Below, piece by piece: positions 57,015-64,000 of a stretch of 64,000 nucleotides of DNA. The stretch is taken from NCBI GenBank assembly GCA_965237675.1, contig OZ250150.1:2432001-2496000 (forward strand). Direction: 5' to 3'. Within the stretch, counting starts at the first letter, position 1. The number at the start of each line of letters is the position of its first letter. This stretch comes from Candidatus Latescibacterota bacterium. GTDB lineage: Bacteria; Latescibacterota; UBA2968; GCA-2709665. The translations under genes were made by a program, and so were the position numbers. The notes below the pieces were generated by a model. It was not told where the DNA came from. It made no database searches and saw only the letters and a program-made list of their open reading frames with translations.

Positions 57015-59447
57015 TCAGTTGTCGCCAGACTGATCGTTGACCAGCATCAACGTTTCCTCAATACGCCCTCCACCGTCCTCCGGCGTTCGCATAAAAAGCA
57101 GTTCTTCAAGTTCGCCGCGTTCCCAGGCGTCGACAAACGTGTCGTAGTGGCGGCTTCCGGGGTTGCCGGACTGCCCGCCGGGATAGATTCCCCATGCCCG
57201 CACGTCGGGCCCCAGCGCGACGACCATGCGCCAGCAGGGGCCATGGCGCCGGCGGGTTGCATTGACGATGTCGCGGCCCCCGCCAACGAACAGGTTCATA
57301 CGCGAGAATTCCCGGATCTTCAACAAGTGCATGACTTCCGCACCCTTGTAGCGTCCCCACTGCCAGGCGTCGCCCATCGGTCCCAGCCTGCCCGTTAACT
57401 CAACACATGTCGCCTCAAAGGTGCTGCGGGCCAGATCGGACAGCGTTTCGACCGGTTCTGTTCGCGTGTTGTCGTACCACCTGGCGCGGGGCTCATCGAG
57501 AATCATCGTTACCGTTCGATCGCGGGAAGGGAACTGGAGACTGGGCCCCGGTCCGCTGAATTCATCGTTCCAGATTGCCCGGTAGAGTTTCACCCACCAC
57601 ATTTCGAATATGGTGGGGGCGATCTTGTCGGCATCCGCGAAATAATCCCAGTTCTGAAGTATCTCGTAGACGGCCGCTTCGTCGCGGCTGAAGGACTGGG
57701 GTACGATAAACGGAAGAAGGACGGGCAGTACGGACTGAGCCCGCAGATCCTTCGTGTCGAGCTGCAAGGGCCGGAAGTCGTCGGGTGTGATATCCTTCAT
57801 TTCGGCCAGGCGTTCGTTGATTCGCCGCACGCGCGTCGGGGAGGAATAGCCTTCGGTCAGCCAATATGGATAGGACGGATCTGTGGGACGCTGGTTGGCG
57901 GAACTCACAAAGCCGCGCTCCGGATTTTTAACGTGGGGCTTGTGGGCGTGGGGAATCCAGTCCTGCCAGTCGTGGAGGGGGTCGGAGCCATCGGCGATGA
58001 ATACGCCCTGACCTTCCCATCGGACCGGGAATCGGCCGTTGTGCCAGATCGCGATATTTCCATCAACGTCGGCGTAGGCGAAGTTCTGCGCGGGAGCGTT
58101 GAGGTGGGAAAGCGCCTTGACGAAATCGTCGTAGTCGCGCGCGCTGTTGAGAAGTTGGCAGGTCAGCAATTCGTTGCTCCCGTCGTGGCCCACCCACCTG
58201 AACGCATGTTTTTCGGGCACCCGCGAGTCAGAGGGGGTGTAGTGTGAATCCCTTACAACCGGACCGTGGTGGGTGTAGCGCACGGTGTCTCGAAACGTCT
58301 CGCCGCCCCGCACCATGATCTCTTCGACCACCGTTTCCACGGGGCGCCATGCGTCGCCGTGACGGTATTCCTGAAGTGTATCGTCCCTGAACGCAATCTC
58401 GTACCAGTCCGAAACATCCGTTCCCGCATTCGTGAGTCCCCACGCGATATCCCGGTTGAATCCGATGACCACGCCCGGTCCTCCCGGAAGCGATACGCCG
58501 TAGACGTTGCGCGAGGGGTTGACGAGTTGAATCTCGTACCACAGAGACGGCAGCGCGAGGCCCATGTGCGGGTCGTTCGCCAGGATGGGATACCCGCTGG
58601 CGGTCCTCGCGCCGGAGACCGCCCAGTTGTTGCTTCCGATTCCGGCGCTGGTTTCCGCGCCGTACGGCCCTCGCTTGAACGGCGTATCGGGCCGGATGAC
58701 CTGACGGGGCTCAAAATTCCAGGGCGTTTCCCCAGGAATCACCGTATCGTCGCCAACGGATCCGGTCGAGAACAGGTCCCTCACAACCCCCTCGCCGAAT
58801 CGGTCGAGCGTGTTGTTCATCCTGAGGTCCGAGTTCCGCCCGCTTAGAATCCAGGCCATGGACTTCATTAGAATTGCACACTTCAACGGGGTCCATGACT
58901 CGGGTTCGTAATCCAGAAGTTTGTACTCGATCGGGTAATCTTCCGAGCGCAGACTGCCGATGTATGTATTGACGCCGTCGGTGTACGCGGATACGGACAC
59001 GCGGGTTTCCGGGGCGGCCATGATTACTTTGAGCGCGTTCCGGGCACCGTACACCAACCCGACGCGCCTCTGATACCGGTCGCGCTCCAGGGCCCCGGGT
59101 CCCAGGATTTCCGCGAGACGCCCGGCCGCGGCAGCGGTCTGGAACTCCATCTGCCAAAGGCGGTCTCTCGCCGTGATGTATCCCTGGGCGAAAAACAGGT
59201 CCCGGTCGTTCTTTGCGAAGATATGCGGCACGCGGCGGTGGTCATACACGACCGTTACCGGCTCGAGCAGTCCCGTGAGCCGCAATTTGCCGTCTGCAGG
59301 CGGGTCTCCCGAGTCGGCATTCTGCCAGAACCCGTGAAAGGGACTCAGGAATTTCCCTGCGGCTGGAAGTCCGCCCATTCGGGTATCCAGAACAAGAACG
59401 ACGATCACAGTAATGGCAGCCGAAGCGATGAACTTGATCAAGGGCAT
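57015..59447 (-). CDS. Penicillin acylase family (S45 Ntn-hydrolase)
   Basis: VPHIFA, AQGY..ARDRLWQME, GSNNW, ANDPH, PAQN, SANQ, PGGQSG; N-terminal TM. Confidence 0.95.
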   Translation of the reverse strand: MPLIKFIASAAITVIVVLVLDTRMGGLPAAGKFLSPFHGFWQNADSGDPPADGKLRLTGLLEPVTVVYDHRRVPHIFAKNDRDLFFAQGYITARDRLWQMEFQTAAAAGRLAEILGPGALERDRYQRRVGLVYGARNALKVIMAAPETRVSVSAYTDGVNTYIGSLRSEDYPIEYKLLDYEPESWTPLKCAILMKSMAWILSGRNSDLRMNNTLDRFGEGVVRDLFSTGSVGDDTVIPGETPWNFEPRQVIRPDTPFKRGPYGAETSAGIGSNNWAVSGARTASGYPILANDPHMGLALPSLWYEIQLVNPSRNVYGVSLPGGPGVVIGFNRDIAWGLTNAGTDVSDWYEIAFRDDTLQEYRHGDAWRPVETVVEEIMVRGGETFRDTVRYTHHGPVVRDSHYTPSDSRVPEKHAFRWVGHDGSNELLTCQLLNSARDYDDFVKALSHLNAPAQNFAYADVDGNIAIWHNGRFPVRWEGQGVFIADGSDPLHDWQDWIPHAHKPHVKNPERGFVSSANQRPTDPSYPYWLTEGYSSPTRVRRINERLAEMKDITPDDFRPLQLDTKDLRAQSVLPVLLPFIVPQSFSRDEAAVYEILQNWDYFADADKIAPTIFEMWWVKLYRAIWNDEFSGPGPSLQFPSRDRTVTMILDEPRARWYDNTRTEPVETLSDLARSTFEATCVELTGRLGPMGDAWQWGRYKGAEVMHLLKIREFSRMNLFVGGGRDIVNATRRRHGPCWRMVVALGPDVRAWGIYPGGQSGNPGSRHYDTFVDAWERGELEELLFMRTPEDGGGRIEETLMLVNDQSGDN

Positions 59448-59680
59448 AAAGCTATCAGCAGTCAGCAAAAACAGCTATCAGTTGTCAGCTATCAGCAAAA
59501 AGCCAATCGATTGACATCAGCGCCTGGTATTATGTTTGTGTAGGGGCAACCCTTGTGGTTGCCCGCCTATCAGCTCACACGAAGGCACAAAGACACAGAG
59601 GGAAAAACTGCAATCAGCGATCAGCAGTCAGCCAAAACCGGTCAGCGTTACGGCCTGGCGATTCCAATTTACCGATGTCC
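59448..59680. repeat. Heptamer (TCAGCnn) repeat clusters; a further copy at 59844-59914
   Basis: TCAGCAAAAACAGCT.TCAG..TCAGC.ATCAGC...TTGAC.TCAG.GCC is duplicated at 59462 and 59845. Confidence 0.75.
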
Positions 59681-59712
59681 GGATTTTTGTAGGGGCGGTT
59701 CGCGAACCGCCC
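59540..59712 (+). repeat. Two GTAG-type REP palindromes (59540-59564 and 59689-59712)
   Basis: GTAG-GGGCAACC-CTTGT-GGTTGCCC and GTAG-GGGCGGTTCGCGAACCGCCC. Confidence 0.8.
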
Positions 59713-59916
59713 GCCTTGTGGCCCCTCACGATCTATAACCAGGCCATCCGGTGGAAGTGAGGGGGTTGTTGTTCGCGGCATAAGACGTGCCGCTCATCAT
59801 CAACCTCGAACGCCAGAACCAGGCGTTCCCTGTTGTCGTGAACATCAGCAAAAACAGCTTTCAGCTCTCAGCCATCAGCTTGAATCAAAAACCCGATCAG
59901 TTGACGTCAGTGCCGT

Positions 59917-59957
59917 GACCTCTCCCCCCAGCCCCCTCTCCTAAAGGAAAGGGGGAG
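59917..59957. repeat. C-rich/G-rich REP-like palindrome
   Basis: GACCTCTCCCCCCAG-CCCCCTCTCCT-AA-AGGAAAGGGGG; same layout as 12417. Confidence 0.6.
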
Positions 59958-60082
59958 ACAAGCGTTAATCTGTCCGGTATGATTTCGATACGTTACCACC
60001 TATAGATTTGGATATGGACTGGCGGCAAGACCGAAAACACGTTCAAAACGCCTTCGCGGGATACCTCATGGCCATCCGGTCG

Positions 60083-60355
60083 TGGTGCAGGGGGTTTTTT
60101 CGCGTCATTCCGTTCAGCAACGTCTTTCTGGATCGCTCGCAAAGGCCGCAGAGCAACGACGCTGGTTATTTCCCTGGAGGCAATTCGCGGAAAAACCGGC
60201 TCCGCGCCGAGCGGCGCCGTTCTTTTTGGCCCTTTTTCGTTGGCGAAAAAGAAAAGGGGTGTAAAATATTAATAATAATGAAGGTAGGGAAATGACCATT
60301 TGGAACCGGAGCGCGACCCGTCATTCGCCTTTCCCTACCATTTTTTTGTGCCGCT
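60083..60355. repeat. Structured dispersed repeat, copy C
   Basis: GGGGGTTTTTTCGCG...ATTCGCGGAAAAACCGGCTCCGCGCCGAGCGGCGCCGTTCTTTTTGGCCCTTTTTC...GAAAAGGG. Confidence 0.85.
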
Positions 60356-60370
60356 GACGGGTTCCTTAGA

Positions 60371-60826
60371 TCACGTCGACCTGCCGTCCTTGACGCCAAT
60401 CCCCTTATCCTCCGCGAATGCCGTGACCGCCGCGACAATCTCGGGTTTGATGATCTGGTTGACGCTATAACTCAATCCGCTGAAGTTAATCTCCACGTTT
60501 TTCCCATTGTCGAGGCTTAATTCGACCTTCATCGAATGGAGGTGAATCTCCAAGATTGAAGCCCAGGGGATTCTCCGGTGTCTGAGCAAGCCTATTTCAA
60601 TCTCCAACCTCGCATCTGAAAATGTAACAATGTACCTGTTTAAGCGCTGCAGGGGTCCGCTGAAACCCAGGAAGCCCAGACCCAGCACGATTTGCACGGC
60701 GCCAAGGATTGTGTTTCCCGCCACATTCACGAAACCGCAAATAATCCAGCCTACACCCGCAATGTTCCATATCACGCGAAATGGCCGGGTTACCGGTACG
60801 GTAAGATCAAAGGTCCTCTCTTCCAT
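60371..60826 (-). CDS. Hypothetical 2-TM plus PH-like domain protein (paralog 1)
   Basis: Clear homology to 62437-62871 (RY.(I/V)TF.DA.L.I, I.WASI.EIH, NQIIKP.I.AA.T.FAE.KG). Confidence 0.8.
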   Translation of the reverse strand: MEERTFDLTVPVTRPFRVIWNIAGVGWIICGFVNVAGNTILGAVQIVLGLGFLGFSGPLQRLNRYIVTFSDARLEIEIGLLRHRRIPWASILEIHLHSMKVELSLDNGKNVEINFSGLSYSVNQIIKPEIVAAVTAFAEDKGIGVKDGRST

Positions 60827-61183
60827 GGCACTGACCCCCTACAAGATGGAACAGTGGGAATATGCGCTGCGCGGAGTGTCCGATACTAAGCCCATCCTCG
60901 GGCAAACCAAGACAGGCGATGGTTCAGCCCGGGACCGACAAATACGGTCTTTTGACCAATATACGTCCGTAGTCGACAAAGTGAGAACCAAAGATGTAAC
61001 GGCTGCCGTCCCGAACGAACCGCTACACACGAGTTGTCTTTCTCTATACACCCTCCGTGCCTATATTGATGAGAGACATCTCACTATCTCAGAAACACGT
61101 GGCTTAAGAGGCGCTGCGGACGCTGTTAACTGCGTCGAAAAGGAAGCAGCCTCCGAAGCCATTTCTGATTCTGAAAAACACCC

Positions 61184-61303
61184 ATGAAATATCGATTCTA
61201 CATCCTCGATGTCTTCACCCGCACGGCCTTCGGGGGAAATCAACTGGCGGTCTTACCGGATGCGAGGGGCCTCAGCACGGATGGCATGCAGAAGGTCGCT
61301 CGC
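61184..61303 (+). pseudogene. N-terminal fragment of a PhzF-family epimerase
   Basis: [27 protein letters not shown]...MQ.VAR; similarity ends and a repeat cluster follows. Confidence 0.8.
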
Positions 61304-61325
61304 AACCAACGACAGTGGGCCTGCA

Positions 61326-61423
61326 CCCTGAGCTTGTCGAAGGGTGTGAAGGTTAGCGAAACGCGGGCATTTCGACAAGCTCAATGACCACGTTTCGACG
61401 AGCTCGTTTCGACAAGCTCAGCG
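61326..61423. repeat. Cluster of TGAGCTTGTCGAA / TTCGACAAGCTCA REP-like inverted repeats
   Basis: One forward unit near 61329 and three reverse units at 61371, 61394 and 61408. Confidence 0.75.
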
Positions 61424-61446
61424 CAAGCAACGCAGGCAACGAACGC

Positions 61447-61507
61447 AACGCAGCGAGACGGGATGAACCGGCGGAAGAATGGTGGCATATTTCTGGGACA
61501 GGACACT
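61447..61507. mobile_element. Right half of the 112-bp miniature element
   Basis: Nearly identical to 45782-45842, including the terminal TATTTCTGGGAC(A/G)GGACACT. Confidence 0.75.
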
Positions 61508-61530
61508 GGAACTCTGGAGGTGACGAGGCG

Positions 61531-62289
61531 ATGCGGTTCTTGATCGTCGATGGCTGGACAAGGGAAGGGAACCTGTCCCATGCGGTTGCCGGGTGCGAGG
61601 AGCAGGCGGGTGTTTTCGAGTCACTCGTTCGGGAATTCTTGCCTGAAGCGGAGATTCGGATCGTCGACACGCACAGCGACGCCGGACCGGCAGACCTGGA
61701 CTTCAGTCAGTACGATGCTGCCATTTGGACCGGCGGGGGTGGCAATATCTACGAAAACGACGCGTTCAATCGGCGCCAACTCGAGTTGGGCGAGCGCGTG
61801 CTTGCGGAAGTACCGCACGTCTGGGGGAGTTGCTGGGGGTTTCAGGTCATCGTGACCGTCTGTGGCGGAGAGGTGGCGCCTGCGCGCCGGCCGGAAATCG
61901 GCATCGCAACGGGCATAACGGCCCGATCAGCAGATTTCGCTGAGACCATTTATCGTGGCAAACCGCCCATATTCGATGCGCCCGCGCATCATTTCGACGA
62001 GACCGCACGACTGCCAGGCGGGTTTGACGTTATCGCCGAAAACGCCATTACGCTGCAGGCCGTCGCATCAAGGGACCGTCGCGTCTTTTGCACGCAATAT
62101 CACCCCGAACTGCCGTACGACTACATCGGAAAGCTGCTTGTCCACTGGGCGTCGAACTACGCGTCGGTTTTCACTGAAGATGCGTTTCAGAATCTGTTGG
62201 CGAGCCTGAAGAAAAAGGAGAAGGAAGAAAAAAGCCTGAGGAAAATAGAATTCAGAAATTGGCTGGAATTGGTCCGGCAGGGTACATAG
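61531..62289 (+). CDS. Type 1 glutamine amidotransferase (GMP synthase GATase-like)
   Basis: GGAGG RBS, TGG, GSCWGFQ nucleophile elbow, QYHPE. Confidence 0.88.
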   Translation: MRFLIVDGWTREGNLSHAVAGCEEQAGVFESLVREFLPEAEIRIVDTHSDAGPADLDFSQYDAAIWTGGGGNIYENDAFNRRQLELGERVLAEVPHVWGSCWGFQVIVTVCGGEVAPARRPEIGIATGITARSADFAETIYRGKPPIFDAPAHHFDETARLPGGFDVIAENAITLQAVASRDRRVFCTQYHPELPYDYIGKLLVHWASNYASVFTEDAFQNLLASLKKKEKEEKSLRKIEFRNWLELVRQGT

Positions 62290-62436
62290 GCCTGGGCGAT
62301 GCAACCGGCGGCGAGAACTGGCGCCGAATGGCGCCTATCGAAGGCCCTGACCGCGCCGTAGAGCGAATGAGCGCGGTAAGCGGAGCGGCAGATGGACATC
62401 CTGGAGGGTGTCACGTTACACGACTGTCCGTTACAG

Positions 62437-62871
62437 TTATCCCTTCGCTTCCGCGAACTCAGTCAGCGCCGCGATGATTTGTGGTTTTATAATCTGGTTG
62501 TCAGTAAAGCTCATATTGAAGTTCCACTTCACGCGTTTCCCGCTGTCGAGCTCAATTTCCACTCTCATCAGTTGTATATGAATTTCAGAGATCGATGCCC
62601 AGGAGATCGTCAGCTCCCTGGACAGACTCCGGTCAATCTTCAGATTCGCATCGTCAAACGTGATGACATATCTGTTTTCACGTGGCGTAAGACCAACGAA
62701 CAGCAGGAACATCAAACCGAAGGCCAACTGCACGACGCCGAAAATACCGCCGCCCGTCTTGATACTGAGGAAACGACCGGCAATCTCGATTACACCAGAA
62801 AGGATACAACCTACTATAAATATACGGGATAAAGGGAAAGAAAGATTGAAGGTTCGTTCTTTCATGGCCAT
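62437..62871 (-). CDS. Hypothetical 2-TM plus PH-like domain protein (paralog 2)
   Basis: AGGA RBS; paralog of 60371-60826. Confidence 0.8.
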   Translation of the reverse strand: MAMKERTFNLSFPLSRIFIVGCILSGVIEIAGRFLSIKTGGGIFGVVQLAFGLMFLLFVGLTPRENRYVITFDDANLKIDRSLSRELTISWASISEIHIQLMRVEIELDSGKRVKWNFNMSFTDNQIIKPQIIAALTEFAEAKG

Positions 62872-63473
62872 GATGTCCTACTGTGGGCGATGAAGTGGCC
62901 AGAATCGGCAACGGCAACTTTGTACCGCAGGGAGAGAAAAGCGGCTGGAAGATAGGGTGCAGGCGTTTTGGCATAAGCGATGTTTGTGTTATGTGGATTA
63001 ATAGTGTTACGCGGAATCGATCAGGTCGCATCGGGCACACAGGCTAGTGCATCAGAGGATGTGAAGGTAAACGTTACTGCTTAACGCCAGCGAGGTGGCG
63101 CATCTCGAACAGCAACCCTTCACAATACCTTTTGTGCGATAGCGGCGCATCATAATCTATAAGCATGACGTCCGGAAGCTAACCGACACATACGCGATTT
63201 AAGACTCTGGCAAATCTGAATCAATCGCACCGGTAACCCACAATAAACCTCAGAGCCTCGATGTGGGATGTCTCAACGAGAATCGTCAAATTCGGAGATT
63301 GGCTTGACCGTCCAAATTACGGGCAACGAATACCAAATTGACGGCCATTGAAACGCCGATAGTTACATTGGATTGGTCCCAAAATCGCCAACGCAACGCA
63401 CACCAACACCTGATGGGTGTACTTACATTGTCAAACCAACTGGGGAACTCATCGTTGCTTATCATGGCGATAC

Positions 63474-64000
63474 TCATTTAGAAAGCCATTTGTCGAACTC
63501 AATTTCAATTCTCCAACTCTTTGAAAACGTGCGTAACACCTCTTCCTGACGACGTTGTAGAGTAGTCGCGGTCCATTCGGATGTTTCGAGCACCTGTTGG
63601 GTTAGCAAGAACGGGCAGGCGTCGTCTCTCACAAAGTAGGCTTTCTTCTTGCGATCTAGATCCCAGTTACTCGCGCTGGAATTTTTCCTGTGGGTCAAAA
63701 GAACTAGATTGGCCGCTCGGTGAAGCCATTCGGTGTGCAACTCCCGGTCACTAAACCAGTCGTCCCATTGGCTACCTATCTCTATGGTTTGGGGACAGAC
63801 ATGCTCCACAGAGATAGTCGGATAATCATAGACTGCCGTACCGTCGGAAAGAGCTAAGTCCAGTCTAAGTAGCAGCGGCTTTACTACGCGGCTCTTTTGA
63901 TATATTGGGCCGTTTAGAGCCTCGAAATAATGGCGAATTTCGTCGTCACTAAGGTCTAGGCAGGTTGATCGTGGGGGGCGCCCTTTGCGTGGATCGATCT
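63474..64000 (-). CDS. C-terminal part of a GmrSD-type (DUF262/DUF1524 HNH) restriction endonuclease; runs off the window
   Basis: Frame is open to the edge (…LNGPIYQKSRVVKPLLLRLD…ISVEHVCPQ…W..W…NLVLL.HRKNS.ASN…KK..Y); low GC. Confidence 0.85.
   Translation of the reverse strand, partial: IDPRKGRPPRSTCLDLSDDEIRHYFEALNGPIYQKSRVVKPLLLRLDLALSDGTAVYDYPTISVEHVCPQTIEIGSQWDDWFSDRELHTEWLHRAANLVLLTHRKNSSASNWDLDRKKKAYFVRDDACPFLLTQQVLETSEWTATTLQRRQEEVLRTFSKSWRIEIEFDKWLSK

Noticed and set aside
60630-61187. ORFs 60630-61187 and 60839-61051
   Set aside because: No motifs or RBS, and one overlaps a real gene on the opposite strand; possibly decayed DNA.
63286-63477. 63-aa ORF overlapping the GmrSD stop
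   Set aside because: The ATGA overlap is suggestive, but the ORF is short and unrecognisable.
1-64000. CRISPR array, tRNA or rRNA genes
   Set aside because: No regularly spaced repeat-spacer array or cloverleaf was recognised; the repeats present are dispersed or 7-bp tandem.

Overview
GC-rich bacterial chromosome window. Gene content suggests a peptide- and glycan-degrading diderm such as Latescibacterota or a related FCB lineage (inference only). Left: a catabolic run (enolase-superfamily, M20 peptidase, D-2-hydroxyacid dehydrogenase, sulfatase), then mtnA, rsfS, LytR_C, carA, pyrC, a transglutaminase-like gene and a heparinase-like gene. 15.2-23.0 kb: a decaying defence/TA islet with a 1759-aa exonuclease-RecQ-UvrD fusion and three remnants the ORF track does not show intact (frameshifted gene, PIN toxin tail, DUF433). 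26-56 kb: a long minus-strand run from ndk-yceD-rpmF-fabHDG-acpP-fabF-rnc into a lipoate ligase. It continues into an uncharacterised cluster (orphan GlmL/MutL-like ATPase, barrel-sandwich/KOW protein, four membrane proteins including two DUF6754-like) interleaved with a complete Opp/Dpp ABC transporter, followed by a peptidase-PD40-Omp85 fusion. This cluster is the best candidate for an undescribed system. Intergenic DNA holds two MITEs inserted at stop codons (one with a nested element), three copies of a structured repeat with a constant-length variable core, 7-bp tandem repeats and several REP-like families. The window ends in a partial GmrSD-type gene. No rRNA, tRNA, CRISPR array or intact transposase was seen. 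All family calls are by eye from motifs; no searches were run.
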